NCBI GenBank assembly: GCA_045863235.1
Contig: BTUM01000017.1
Coordinates: 32,001 to 96,000, forward strand
Length of the DNA stretch: 64,000 bases
From: Candidatus Xenobia bacterium
GTDB taxonomy: Bacteria; Vulcanimicrobiota; Xenobia; Xenobiales; QWHO01
Direction of reading: 5' to 3'
The notes below the pieces were generated by a model. It was given only the letters and a program-made list of their open reading frames with translations. It did no database searches and was not told the DNA's origin. Shown here in pieces: positions 11,001-19,487 of the stretch. The position numbers and the translations under genes were made by a program. Position 1 is the first letter of the stretch; each line of letters begins with the position of its first letter.

Positions 11001-11260
11001 TGTGGTGCCGCGAGGAATTGGGCAAGCCATCGCTCCCCTCAAGGATGCGCGCTTACCGCCAATTTCAGGCCCGCTTCCCCCGCCGCGGGGTGCGAGCCGA
11101 GCTGGTGGTCAACCGCTCGCATGGCAGCCTGCTCGAGGCCGACGTGCGCCTCAGCGACGAGCACGGGCAGCCACTGGCGCTCTTCGAAGGGCTGGAATGG
11201 ACCGCCGACGCGTCCCTGGATCGCTCCTTCGAAGCTCGCAGCGTTGTCGGCGCGTCCTGA
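5012..11260 (+). CDS. pfaA: PfaA-like iterative type I PKS / PUFA synthase subunit: KS-MAT-(ACP)3-KR-DH
   Basis: KS DAACASSL/HGTGT/GHT; PfaA-type WQENSFPGLLGNVVAGRIANR; AT GHSYG; three LGIDSIKRVEI ACPs; KR ITGGARGVT..Y..AN; DH SHVLGGRPVLP and LDGVLQ; overlaps the pfaD stop. Confidence 0.95.
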   Translation: MSADRDVAIVGMACLFPKASNLKGFWHLVRVGLDAVDDVPASHWNPDDYFDADPKSPDMTYCRRGGFLSPVSFDPTEFSLPPAALEATDTSQLLGLVVAKAALEDAGYGSGREFNRQSTSVILGVTGTLELVIPLGARLGHPIWRRALLESGVDPETTEEVVRRIADDYVPWQENSFPGLLGNVVAGRIANRLDLQGTNCVVDAACASSLSAVHMGVLELGAGRADMVVTGGVDTFNDIFMFMCFSKTPALSASGQIRPFDESADGTMLGEGLGMIVLKRVADARRDGDRIYAVIRGVGTASDGVGQAVYAPASPGQARCLRDAYRTSGVDPGTVELVEAHGTGTKVGDAVEFEALREVYSEARSDRNWCALGSVKSNLGHTKAAAGAAGMIKAALALYTKVLPATLKVEKPNPRMNIQDSPFYLNTRTRPWPGNREHPRRAALSSFGFGGSNYHIVLEEADPIRTEVAWDGSVQIFAFSGATREELIARFEGCDGSARSAGLSRQSFSPTAPWRAVLVGDDTARAARLLQKGEQSPDLFVGQGSTPGELAFLFPGQGSQQVDMGCELACLFPQLLESLEAAGRDIWQAIYPPPAFTAPERDAQKAALTRTEVAQPALGAVESGLAAILESFGVRPSMAAGHSYGELVALQAAGCFDRDGLLALSRLRGQLMAGEPGQDRGTMLAVSASPEAVTRVINEQQVVLANLNSPGQTVLSGSREAIALAADALKKAGLSALPLNVAAAFHSPLVAQARDPFHAALSQMPWQAAAFPVYANATARPYPAEADQARALLADQLTSPVRWVELMEQLYQAGARVFVEVGPRRVLSGLAQGILGDRPHHCLALDGGLLELARALAQLAALGYPVRLDNWEVVPPEERKKRMEVQLVGSNYRAPRAQTNVSPAPRQAPPPAQVTPTQAATRPDVPQAPPQSVAAGADPLVLEALRGVQSSLTAMQTLQQQTASLHQRFLEGQELAQRTFMEMLQGQQRLVETMLGGSPASLPVMTSLPAPSLTTAPSLPLPGLPAPSPQPAVVQPPPASPQPVAQSLPAAPAAPSQPSAEPVLLAVVAEKTGYPVEMLHLDMDLEADLGIDSIKRVEILAAVEERLPGMGRIAPDRVGSLRTLREVLAQTGSAAPTSAAPSAAAPPSSDAAEVLLAIVADKTGYPREMLHLEMDLESDLGIDSIKRVEILASLEEARPGLGKVAPDQVGSLRTLGQILAQLAPGAPAAPAASSASASSDLSESLLAAVSEKTGYPREMLHLQMDLEADLGIDSIKRVEILAAMEERNPGSGRVPADRVGSLRTLQEVLEAIAPQAGAPTVTPEAEVPTLPLERKLVKAVSSHSPGPAFQPQSVIVLDPEGQLGPALVCELESRGISAALNGEGDTLILVASGASRWDSLKSLREGFLALQSRANQLKAVASVTRMDGQFGLSGSSDYDASAAGLAGLTRTIAHEWPQVTARALDVDRRWDSTQAARAVVDELLTGGPLEVALGPDGRFELGVEDCPVSAEQSMPLQAGDVLVITGGARGVTAAVAEALARAIRPTLVLLGRSSEPFVEPDWLRGIEGEADLKRAIASHKNGNGALRPAELEEAFRRYQANREVSASLEHMRAAGSKVAYYSVDVRDRASLERVLSQVRSEHGPIRGLIHGAGVLADKKIVDKQLAQFDNVFDTKVVGMRHLLDLTCDDPIKVLLLFSSVTARYGRPGQVDYCMANEVLNKIAHQEARRRPDCRVAALGWGPWHGGMVHDGLAREFTRLGVGLIDLEQGAQALVDELTASREEVELLLGSGLPAPAPPTPRAESVLQLKLSVGDYPFLASHVLGGRPVLPLAMMMEWFGHAALHANPGLRFAGLEEVAVFKGVAIENGALPVAVAAGQAVARGEDLLVPVELVDPHTGRVHARSRVVLSPELPQAPTWKPLTSLRSFPAEPEQIYSKMLFHGPHFHAIHHLEGIAAEGLVAELASAAKPAEWMTRPVRSEWLTDPLALDGVLQLGILWCREELGKPSLPSRMRAYRQFQARFPRRGVRAELVVNRSHGSLLEADVRLSDEHGQPLALFEGLEWTADASLDRSFEARSVVGAS
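8195..8950 (+). repeat. Three tandem ACP-domain repeats within pfaA
   Basis: Three near-identical (E/D)KTGYP.EML.L.MDLE.DLGIDSIKRVEIL blocks separated by Ala/Pro/Ser linkers. Confidence 0.95.
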
Positions 11261-11340
11261 TAGGGAATCGACCTGATTGCGAGAAGTACCCTTTCGAGAG
11301 CGCTGAAGAGGCGCCGCACAGTAAGGGAGAGGGTGCCGAA

Positions 11341-11928
11341 ATGAATGCGGTTTACTCACGCCGTCGCGCGCGAGCCGGAGAGACACAAAATGGCTGCCTG
11401 CTGTTCATCTGCCTCATGGTGGTGGCCGGATTCGTCGGTTACAACTACTTCATCAAGAACTACAACCTCAAGCACGCCGGCGATCAGGTTTACGCGTGGA
11501 CGGACCGGAACCCTGACGCCTTCCTGATGTATCGTAAGAAGCTGGTCCAGGTGAACATCCCCGATACCATCGCCCTTGCCAAGCAGACCCGGAAGCTATT
11601 CGCCGATCTCAAAGGCGGCAAGATCGATCAGAAGACCTTTAACAAAGAGGCGAACAAACAGATCGAGCGCTATTCGACCCTCATCGACACGGTCAACGGC
11701 ATGGCCGCCCCGCAGATTTTTCACAAGCCGGCCATCCGACTGGCCAAGAGCCATGGCGACTTTTATCAATGCCTGACCAAGCTCCAAAGGCTGCCCTCGG
11801 CCAAGACCGACCAGGAGAGGACCGAAGTCTTCGATTCGGCCTGGAAACATTGGACCAGCGGTTGGGACAACGTGCACTACGCCAAGCGCTACATCCGGCT
11901 GGACATCAGTTTCGACCAGACGAAGTAA
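11341..11928 (+). CDS. Hypothetical membrane-anchored helical protein (195 aa)
   Basis: GGGAGAGG SD; basic N-terminus followed by one TM (CLLFICLMVVAGFVGY); Lys-rich helical remainder; followed by a terminator. Confidence 0.8.
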   Translation: MNAVYSRRRARAGETQNGCLLFICLMVVAGFVGYNYFIKNYNLKHAGDQVYAWTDRNPDAFLMYRKKLVQVNIPDTIALAKQTRKLFADLKGGKIDQKTFNKEANKQIERYSTLIDTVNGMAAPQIFHKPAIRLAKSHGDFYQCLTKLQRLPSAKTDQERTEVFDSAWKHWTSGWDNVHYAKRYIRLDISFDQTK

Positions 11929-11936
11929 GCGGCTCC

Positions 11937-11977
11937 AAAAAGTAGAGCCCCCGCCACCGCGGGGGCTCTTTCAATTT
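11937..11977. terminator. Bidirectional intrinsic terminator
   Basis: AGAGCCCCCGC-CACC-GCGGGGGCTCT perfect 11-bp stem with A- and T-rich flanks, between convergent genes. Confidence 0.85.
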
Positions 11978-11993
11978 GTCGAGCGCCGGCTCG

Positions 11994-12995
11994 TTAGACC
12001 ACGCGCTGGGCCTGCGGCTGCTCGATCTCGTAGATCTCCATGTTGTAGAGGGCGTTCGTCAGATAACCGGGCAGCACCTGAGAAAAGTCGCTGCTTGGCT
12101 GGCCGCCCGCGGCCATCATCTTGCGCGGATCCTGGAGGAAGGTCTCGTCCTCACGCTGGGTCTTGGCCAGCTCTTTCTGCTCGCTGAGCATGGCCGCGAT
12201 GGTCTGCTCATGGTCCATCATGTCCTTCATTTCCTGGCTGTTCTCTTCCACCCGGGCCTGCTGCTCCTCCATGGCGCGCATCTGGCTCAAGCCGCCCTCG
12301 ACGGTGGCCACCATCTCAGCATCGGGAGGCAGGTCGTCCTTCCAGCGCTCATCCTCGTGGTTCTGCTGGAGCTGAAAGGCCTTCTTCTGGGTGGTCACGA
12401 TGAGTTGCTGCAACTGGGCCTGAATGGCGGGATTGCTCAAGTCGGCCGCGTTGGCCTGCAGGAACTGCTGGATGTTGGCCTTCTCGTCCTTGAGGAAGGC
12501 GTCTTTCTGCGCCGTCTGCCGCTCGTTGAGGACGTTGCGCTTCTTGCTCTCAAAGCCCTCGCGGGCCTCTTTGTGGTCAGCCTGCTCCGGACCGGGCTCG
12601 ACCATCGGCTGACCCTGGTCGTTGACTGCGACCTCAGGCTTGCCGTCCGCTCCCGGCCTGGTTGCGTAGTGGTTCTTAGCGAAAAACTCTTGCTTCATGT
12701 CGGCCACTTGCTGCTTGAGGTTCTGGCCGAACTGTTGACGCTGCTGCGCGTGGCCCTCCTGCAGCCGCTGCAGGTTCTTGTGCGCCGTCTCAGGGTAGGG
12801 CGGGGGCTCGAAGTTCCAATCGAAACGCTGGGTGGTTCGGGGGTCGGACCGCTTGGAGTAAATGTCCGACGTCTCGCCCATGGTCTTCCAGAACTTCTTC
12901 TCGTTGTCCTTGAGGGCGGCCTGAGCCTTCGCCTGCTGATTGCCGCCGCCAATCGTGTTGATCAGCATGCCTATTCCTAGTACTGCCCAAAACAC
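11994..12995 (-). CDS. Hypothetical Gln/Glu-rich coiled-coil protein with short hydrophobic N-terminus
   Basis: Long ORF with strong GC3 bias; MFWAVLGIGMLINTIGGG then Q/E/K-rich helices; start codon uncertain. Confidence 0.8.
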   Translation of the reverse strand: MFWAVLGIGMLINTIGGGNQQAKAQAALKDNEKKFWKTMGETSDIYSKRSDPRTTQRFDWNFEPPPYPETAHKNLQRLQEGHAQQRQQFGQNLKQQVADMKQEFFAKNHYATRPGADGKPEVAVNDQGQPMVEPGPEQADHKEAREGFESKKRNVLNERQTAQKDAFLKDEKANIQQFLQANAADLSNPAIQAQLQQLIVTTQKKAFQLQQNHEDERWKDDLPPDAEMVATVEGGLSQMRAMEEQQARVEENSQEMKDMMDHEQTIAAMLSEQKELAKTQREDETFLQDPRKMMAAGGQPSSDFSQVLPGYLTNALYNMEIYEIEQPQAQRVV

Positions 12996-13115
12996 GAGTC
13001 GCTCTCGCCTGCCTTTTCCTTTGGAGTCTCAAGGCCACTTTGGGCCCATGTAATACTAACACGCAAAGGCCAGCCAAACAAGGGTTCCTCCACAGCTGGC
13101 CGAACAAACCACACA

Positions 13116-14402
13116 ATGGCAACTCTAAGACGACAGGAGCGGTCGACAAGTTGGCGCCGGTTGACTCGATGGCGGCGCTCCCTGGGACGCGTCCGCGACC
13201 TCTTCCCCTTCCGGCTCACCGGGGTGCTGGTGGTGGGCCTGATCGTGGTGGGCTTTCGCTTCATGGGATTGAGCCAGTCCGACCTGGTGATCCTGATCGC
13301 CAGCCTGTGCCTGGCCGCTCTCACGGTCTGGGTGTTGCTGAGCACCATCCTGGCGGCTTTGCTGCTCTCTCGCCGTTACCGCCAGGCCGAGCATCCGAGC
13401 TCTGAGACGCCCCTGCAGCTCGAGGTTCACGCCCGCACTCCCAGCGGCTTCTCCCTGCGCTCCTTCTGGCTGCCGCTGATCGAGGTGGACTGGCGCTGGC
13501 TGGGAACGCAGGTGGAGGTCAACCTGCTCTCGGGCCGGGGTTGCTGGCGCGAGGAGCTCAAGCCGGCCCGGCGGGGCCTGATCGACCGGGTACGGCGCAA
13601 GCTCGAGGTGCGCGACGTGCTTGGCCTGTGCTCCATCGCCTGGGAAGCCGAGCAGGCAACCCGGGTGGTCGTGATGCCTCCCCGTGGCCGGCTCGACTCG
13701 GCCAGCTTGCTGCTCAGCCTGTTCTCGGGCGATGACCTGTCCGACCCGTTGGGCGAGCCCATCGGAGATCGGGTCGAGATGCGCCCCTACTCTCCTGGTG
13801 ACCCGCCCCGGCTGATCTTGTGGAAGGTCTACGCTCGCACCCGCAAGCTGATGGTCCGGGTGCACGAGCGAGCGATCACCGTCCAGCCGCGCGCCTGCGC
13901 CTACATGGTGGCCGGCCCTCAGGACGACGCCGTGGCCGCCCTGGCCCGAACCGTGCTGGAGAGCGACCTGCTGGGCAAAGGCTGGCGTTTCGGAGCGGAC
14001 AACTCGGCCGACCCCACCTCTCGACTGGATGAGGCCCTGTTGCAACTGGCCCGCTCGGGCAACCCGCTCAGCGGACCCTCCGGCCTGGCCGGCTATCTGG
14101 CCCGGGCAGCCACCGATGGCTACAAGAGCTGCCTGGTCTTCGTGCCCCCCGGCCCCGGAGCATGGCTCGAGGCGGTGCGCGCGGCGGCGGCCCAGAGCTC
14201 CTTGCGGCTCACGTTCATCACAGTGGATTCACGGGCGAGCCTGGCCCCCTCCTGGCGCTGGCTCTTCCTGCGCGAGCAGCGGGCCCGTCCCTCCAACAGC
14301 GGCCTGGTGGACCTGCTGGCCGGTCGGGAACATCGTCTGCTCAGTTACGACGACCGTAGCGGCGGTGTGCGCCAGGAGCAAGCGACGCGGAGGGCATCCT
14401 GA
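13116..14402 (+). CDS. DUF58 domain membrane protein
   Basis: Two N-terminal TMs; VRDVLGL and EMRPYSPGDPPRLILWKVYARTRKLMVR (DUF58 R.Y.PGD...I.W...AR motif); adjacent to MoxR. Confidence 0.85.
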   Translation: MATLRRQERSTSWRRLTRWRRSLGRVRDLFPFRLTGVLVVGLIVVGFRFMGLSQSDLVILIASLCLAALTVWVLLSTILAALLLSRRYRQAEHPSSETPLQLEVHARTPSGFSLRSFWLPLIEVDWRWLGTQVEVNLLSGRGCWREELKPARRGLIDRVRRKLEVRDVLGLCSIAWEAEQATRVVVMPPRGRLDSASLLLSLFSGDDLSDPLGEPIGDRVEMRPYSPGDPPRLILWKVYARTRKLMVRVHERAITVQPRACAYMVAGPQDDAVAALARTVLESDLLGKGWRFGADNSADPTSRLDEALLQLARSGNPLSGPSGLAGYLARAATDGYKSCLVFVPPGPGAWLEAVRAAAAQSSLRLTFITVDSRASLAPSWRWLFLREQRARPSNSGLVDLLAGREHRLLSYDDRSGGVRQEQATRRAS

Positions 14403-14416
14403 GGTTTCGAGATTTC

Positions 14417-16534
14417 GTGGGGGCAGTGATCTGGGGCTGCGCGGCCGCCGTTGCGGCCCTGCAACTGAGCTTGCCGGGCCCGGCCCTGAGCGCCTTCCTG
14501 GGGGGTTTCCTGGGCCTGTTCCTGGCCGCCCGGCTGGACCGAACCCTGCTGCGCACCTCCTGGGGCGCCGCTCTGATCGCGCTGGCCACGGTGGCGCTGC
14601 AGCTCCTGGCCCGTCTCCCCGGCTGGATCCCCCCCCTGGGCAGGCTGACCGGGGCCGCCAACTTGCTGCTCTTGACCGAGATCCTTTCCTGGTTCTGCTT
14701 GAGCCTGACCACAGTGGCCTTCTGGCACTTCCTGAGCCGGCGCATCCGCTTCTTCTCGGGCCTGGAGCTGGCCATCGTGGTGGGGATCCTGGCCAGTCCC
14801 TTCGCGGCCCACCGGGGCGGCTTCATCAACCGGCCCTACTTCCTGGTCGACCCGCTCTGGTCGCGAGGCTACGACCCGGTGCCGGTGCTGTTCGCCCTGG
14901 GGGCCCTGGCGGCCACCGCCGGCGCCCTGGTCACCCTGGGTCGCAGCTCACGGCGGGGCCACATGCTCGACGCCCTGCTCATCCCCCTGCTCCTTCTCCT
15001 GATCTTCGCGCTCTTGCCCTCGCGAGCGCTGCGGGATTGGTTCCCCGACAAGGCCGAGTCCATGGGGCTGACCGGCAAGCCCCGCGAAGGAGGCAAAGGC
15101 AAAGGCAACGAGCGGCCCCAGAACGAGATGGAGCTCGAGGACAACCACGAGCAGTCCCACTCCCCTACCCCGGTCGCCGTGGTCTTGCTGCAAGACGACT
15201 ACACCCCCCCCTCGGGCGCCTACTACTTCCGCCAGACCGCCTTCTCGGTCTACAACGGACGGCGGCTGGTGGCCGACCTGGTGGGCCAGGGCGACAAGGA
15301 CATCCCCATCGGCTTTCCGGCGCCCGGCCTGGACACCAGCCTGCCCAGCCGTCCCGCCAGCCAGGTTCCCACCCGCAAGCTGAAGACCACCGTAGCCCTG
15401 ATCTCCAGCCACACCCGGCCCATCGGCCTGATCACCCCCGAGCGCTTCGTCTCCCAGAACAATCCCAACCCCGAGCAGTTCTGGAAGGCCTACGAGGTGG
15501 AGTCGGAGGTCATGCTGGGAGACGAGATGATGCTGCTCGGGCGGCCGGCCGGCGAGACCGACTGGACCCCCGAGGTGTGGAAGCAATACACCGAAGTCCC
15601 GCCCGACCCGCGCTACAAGAAGCTGGCCGACGAAGTGTGCGAGCGGCTGCGGCCCGAGTTGCGCCGCGATCCCTACGCCCAGGCTCTGGCCGTGCGATTC
15701 TTCCTGGAGAAGGAAGGCATCTACTCGCTGCGCTCGCGCCACATGCACGCGGCCGATCCGGTGGCCGACTTCCTCTTCGGCGACAAGACCGGCTATTGCG
15801 TGCACTTCGCCCACGCCGCCGTCTACTTGATGCGCTCGCAGGGAGTCCCGGCGCGGGTGGGAGCGGGCTACTACTCCGACGCGCGCAATCGCGGGCGGGG
15901 CTCGAGCATCCTGATCCGCAGCGGCGAAGCCCACGCCTGGCCCGAGATCTATCTGCAGGGAGTGGGCTGGGTGGTGGTGGACATCTCGCCCGAGCGCTCG
16001 CTGGTGCCCGAGATGTCCGGCCCCGACCCCGAGTTGCAGCGCATGCTCGGGCAGATGGCCCGCAACGAAAAAGACGAGCTGCGGGGCGAGCGCAAGAACC
16101 TGCGCGAGATGCTGCTCCGCTTCCTCCTGATCTCCTTGAAGGTTCTCCTGCTGGCCGCCCTGGTGACCATGCTGGGGCTGGGCGTGTGGAAGGTGTGGCG
16201 TCGGCTGGCCTTCCACTATGGCCCCGAGTCGCGAGCCCTGGGCCGGGCCTACCGGGCGGCCCTGGACGCCCTCAGCGACGTGGGCATCCGCCGCCAATAC
16301 GGCCAGGGACGGCTGGACTTTGCCCGCGAGCAGCAAGAACGGTTCCCGGAGCTGCTCGAGCTGACCCGCATGCACCTCGACCGGGTCATGGGCCCGCCCG
16401 GCACCCCGCCTGCCTCCCGCTCCGAGGCCGTGCGCCGCTATCGCGAGCTGACCCGCTCGATCCGCTCCCAGGTCAAGCCGGCCCGCCGGCTGCTGGGTGC
16501 CCTCAACCCCTTCAGCTGGCTGCTGGTCAAATGA
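14417..16534 (+). CDS. Membrane-bound transglutaminase-like protein (TgpA-like)
   Basis: Multi-TM N-terminus; catalytic triad motifs GYCVHFA (Cys), HAWPEIY (His), WVVVD (Asp); C-terminal TM plus DUF4129-like tail. Confidence 0.9.
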   Translation: MGAVIWGCAAAVAALQLSLPGPALSAFLGGFLGLFLAARLDRTLLRTSWGAALIALATVALQLLARLPGWIPPLGRLTGAANLLLLTEILSWFCLSLTTVAFWHFLSRRIRFFSGLELAIVVGILASPFAAHRGGFINRPYFLVDPLWSRGYDPVPVLFALGALAATAGALVTLGRSSRRGHMLDALLIPLLLLLIFALLPSRALRDWFPDKAESMGLTGKPREGGKGKGNERPQNEMELEDNHEQSHSPTPVAVVLLQDDYTPPSGAYYFRQTAFSVYNGRRLVADLVGQGDKDIPIGFPAPGLDTSLPSRPASQVPTRKLKTTVALISSHTRPIGLITPERFVSQNNPNPEQFWKAYEVESEVMLGDEMMLLGRPAGETDWTPEVWKQYTEVPPDPRYKKLADEVCERLRPELRRDPYAQALAVRFFLEKEGIYSLRSRHMHAADPVADFLFGDKTGYCVHFAHAAVYLMRSQGVPARVGAGYYSDARNRGRGSSILIRSGEAHAWPEIYLQGVGWVVVDISPERSLVPEMSGPDPELQRMLGQMARNEKDELRGERKNLREMLLRFLLISLKVLLLAALVTMLGLGVWKVWRRLAFHYGPESRALGRAYRAALDALSDVGIRRQYGQGRLDFAREQQERFPELLELTRMHLDRVMGPPGTPPASRSEAVRRYRELTRSIRSQVKPARRLLGALNPFSWLLVK

Positions 16535-16547
16535 GAAAGGACCCCCT

Positions 16548-17552
16548 GTGACTGCAAACCCAACCCGAGAACAGGCTCTGGAGAACGCCTCCCAGGTCAT
16601 CGAGAGGCTGCGAAAACGCTGCCAGCACGCGATTCGAGGCCGAGACGACGTGATCGATCTCTTGCTCATCGCGCTCATGGCCGATGGCCATGTACTGCTC
16701 GAGGATTATCCCGGCTCGGGCAAGACCACGCTGGCCAAGACACTGGGTGACTCGATCATCGACGACAACCCGCAGGAAAAGATCGCCGCCTTCCGGCGCA
16801 TCCAGTTCACCCCCGACCTGTTGCCCTCGGACATCACCGGGGTCTCGGTCTTCGAGCCCGACAAGGGGACCTTCGAGTTCCGTCCCGGACCCATCTTCGC
16901 CCACGTGGTGGTGGGGGACGAGATCAACCGCACCTCGCCCAAGGTGCAGGCGGCCATGCTCGAAGCCATGGCGGAGAAACAGGTCACGGTGGACAACGTG
17001 TCCCACCAGCTCGACGACCTCTTTTTCGTAATCGCCACCCAGAACCCGCGCGACCAGGCTGGCACCTACCCTCTGCCGGTGGCCCAGCTCGACCGCTTCC
17101 TCTTCAAGATCCGCATGGTCGACATCGAGCGCTCGGCCGAGATTGACGTGCTCGCGAGCTATAAGAAGCGGCGCACCGAGTCGACCGAGGAGCTGCCCAG
17201 GGTCACCCGCAGCCAGGTCATGGAGGCCCGCCGGGCCATCGACGAGCACGTCCACATCCATCCCGAGGTGCACACCTGCCTGGTGGACATCGCCCGCAAC
17301 CTGCGCAAGTCTCCGCAGGTCATGCAGGGGGTCTCCACCCGCAGCCTGGTGTTGCTGTTGCCAGCGATCCAGGCGGAAGCCCTCCTGCACAAGCGCAACT
17401 ACGTGCTGCCGGAAGACATCGAGCGGCTTGCGCCCCACGTGTTCACCCACCGCATGGAGCTCGCCCCGGGGGCCGAGGACCCCCACCGCCTCATCAAGGA
17501 ATGCGCCAAACCAGCCCTGGAAGCGCTCAGCCGGCAGGCTCTCAAATCGTGA
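16548..17552 (+). CDS. moxR: MoxR family AAA+ ATPase
   Basis: GHVLLEDYPGSGKTTLAK, RIQFTPDLLPSDITG, DEINRTSPKVQAAMLEAM, ATQNP, AQLDRF; AAAGGA SD before GTG. Confidence 0.95.
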   Translation: MTANPTREQALENASQVIERLRKRCQHAIRGRDDVIDLLLIALMADGHVLLEDYPGSGKTTLAKTLGDSIIDDNPQEKIAAFRRIQFTPDLLPSDITGVSVFEPDKGTFEFRPGPIFAHVVVGDEINRTSPKVQAAMLEAMAEKQVTVDNVSHQLDDLFFVIATQNPRDQAGTYPLPVAQLDRFLFKIRMVDIERSAEIDVLASYKKRRTESTEELPRVTRSQVMEARRAIDEHVHIHPEVHTCLVDIARNLRKSPQVMQGVSTRSLVLLLPAIQAEALLHKRNYVLPEDIERLAPHVFTHRMELAPGAEDPHRLIKECAKPALEALSRQALKS

Positions 17553-19477
17553 ACCTGCGCCTTCTTCTGCTGGTGGTGGCATTGCTGCTCCTGGCTCCGG
17601 CCATGGCCCAGAGCGAGTTGGACGAAGGCTCACTGGGGCTGGAGGCCCGCGCGGCCCTGGAATCGGACAACCTGATCAAGCTGCGCGAGAAAGCTCGCGA
17701 GATCTTGATCCAGAACCCCGACTCGGTGGCCGGGCACTTTTTCATGGGCTACTCCCTGCACCGCTCCGAGGGCGACCTGCCGCGCTCGCGCTACCACCTG
17801 GTCAAGGCCCGCGAGCTGTTCGAAAAGCGCTACGGCAAGCTGCCCGGCCCTCAGGTGTTCGGTTGGCTCGAGCGCATCCTGAGCGAACTGGCCGGAGTCT
17901 CGGCCGAGATGGACCTCTACGCCGAGCAGATCGAGGTCATGGAAGCCTACAACGCCATGTACCGCAACCTGATGAACGGCGATCCCCCCATCGTGGTGGA
18001 GTTCGCCTGGCCGCTGATGAAGCTCGGTCGGGAAGAAGAAGCCCGCCAGAAGATCAAGCAGTCGCTCGAGAATGGCGGGATGTTCTCGCGCTCGGTGGCC
18101 CTCAACACTCTCGGCGCCATCGAGATGGAGACGGGCAGCAGCCGCAAGTCCTACGAGGTTTTCAAGATGCTGCTCAAGGAGGTGGGGCCCTTCGGAGGCT
18201 GCACGTTCCTTCGCAACGGGGGTGAGGCGGCTTACATGGTGGGCGACTTCGCTCAGGCCGAGCGCTACTATCTGCAGGCCACCGAGTTCTTCGAGCCGGA
18301 GGGCTACTCCAACCCCTGGTGGGACCTGGCCAACCTCTACACCGCCGAGGCCCGCTTTCCTGAAGCGGTGCAGGCGGTTCAGAACATGTATCTCTGGTCC
18401 TCGCGCATGGAGTCGTTTCTGGCCCAGCAAGACTATGCCGAGCAGCAGCAGGCCACAGCCGAGCTTCTCTTGCAGCTCGGCTACAGCGAGCAGGCCATGC
18501 TCTCAGCCGGCCGAGCCGTGCGCCGGCCGGACCGCCAGGGGGGCAACTCCAACCAGCGCGATCAGTGGGAGGCAGGCAACCTGATCCTGTATCGAGCTAC
18601 CCTGCTCAACCGCGATCAGGCCATCCGCGAGGAGATGTCCTGGAGCCACGGGCGCCGCTGGTGGGATCTGTACCTCTCGCGCCAGAGCCTCGGCTACCTC
18701 GCCTGGTCGGCCGGACGACGGGCTGTAGCGGTGGCCGCCGCCAACGACCGGGTGGTCAAGAGCCTTCGCGTGTTCTCGGCCGGCACCATCATGATGGCTG
18801 ACTGGCACCGGCCCGATCTGGTGGAGCTGTATGGCCCCGGGGTGGTCGCGGCCGGCTTGGACGAGCTGCGCCAGGGCAGGTTTGACGATCTGGATCACCA
18901 GGAGCCCTACCTGAAGGTGCTGGAGGCTGAGGTCAACGCCCTGACCGGCAATCCGACCCGGGCCCTGGAGCTGATCGACCTGGCCCTGCAAAAGCTGCCC
19001 GAGGCCGAGTCGCTGGTGCGCTCCCGGGCCATGGCTCGGGCCGCCCAGATGGAGGAGGCTCGCGGCGACATGCCCAAAGCTCTCTCTCGCTACCAGCAGG
19101 TGCTGGAGACCGCCCCGGCCATGCTGCGCCTGCTCCGATTGCGCCTCCCGGTGCGCATCGAGGGAGCTACCGGGCTGCTGGCCCGGGTCCGCCGCCAGTT
19201 GCTCAGCTCGCCCCGCTTCCGCGAGGATGAGGATGGACTGCGCCTGTCGCTCTCGGGTGGCGAAGGGGCCCTCAGCGCCCGCCTGCTGGGCCCGGACGGC
19301 TCGGTGGTGAGCCAGGCCGAAGGCAAGACCGTGGACGAGCTGGTGGAGGCCATCCACCGCCAGACCTTCTCGCCCAGGGTCAACTTGAGCCAGGCTGACC
19401 TGAACTCGCTGGACGGCTCCAACGTCACCGGCACGGTGCAGAACACCAACGTGCAACAGCTGTTCAAGCAGCCCTGA
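17549..19477 (+). CDS. Exported TPR-repeat protein
   Basis: GTGA overlap with moxR; Sec signal (LLLLVVALLLLAPAMA-Q); several TPR-like helical pairs. Confidence 0.8.
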   Translation: MNLRLLLLVVALLLLAPAMAQSELDEGSLGLEARAALESDNLIKLREKAREILIQNPDSVAGHFFMGYSLHRSEGDLPRSRYHLVKARELFEKRYGKLPGPQVFGWLERILSELAGVSAEMDLYAEQIEVMEAYNAMYRNLMNGDPPIVVEFAWPLMKLGREEEARQKIKQSLENGGMFSRSVALNTLGAIEMETGSSRKSYEVFKMLLKEVGPFGGCTFLRNGGEAAYMVGDFAQAERYYLQATEFFEPEGYSNPWWDLANLYTAEARFPEAVQAVQNMYLWSSRMESFLAQQDYAEQQQATAELLLQLGYSEQAMLSAGRAVRRPDRQGGNSNQRDQWEAGNLILYRATLLNRDQAIREEMSWSHGRRWWDLYLSRQSLGYLAWSAGRRAVAVAAANDRVVKSLRVFSAGTIMMADWHRPDLVELYGPGVVAAGLDELRQGRFDDLDHQEPYLKVLEAEVNALTGNPTRALELIDLALQKLPEAESLVRSRAMARAAQMEEARGDMPKALSRYQQVLETAPAMLRLLRLRLPVRIEGATGLLARVRRQLLSSPRFREDEDGLRLSLSGGEGALSARLLGPDGSVVSQAEGKTVDELVEAIHRQTFSPRVNLSQADLNSLDGSNVTGTVQNTNVQQLFKQP

Positions 19478-19487
19478 GCCCTGGCCC

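Noticed and set aside
11341..11450. Prepilin-like leader (RRRARAG|ETQNG)
   Set aside because: No hydrophobic +1 residue or Glu5; the TM begins later, so it is treated as a simple anchor.
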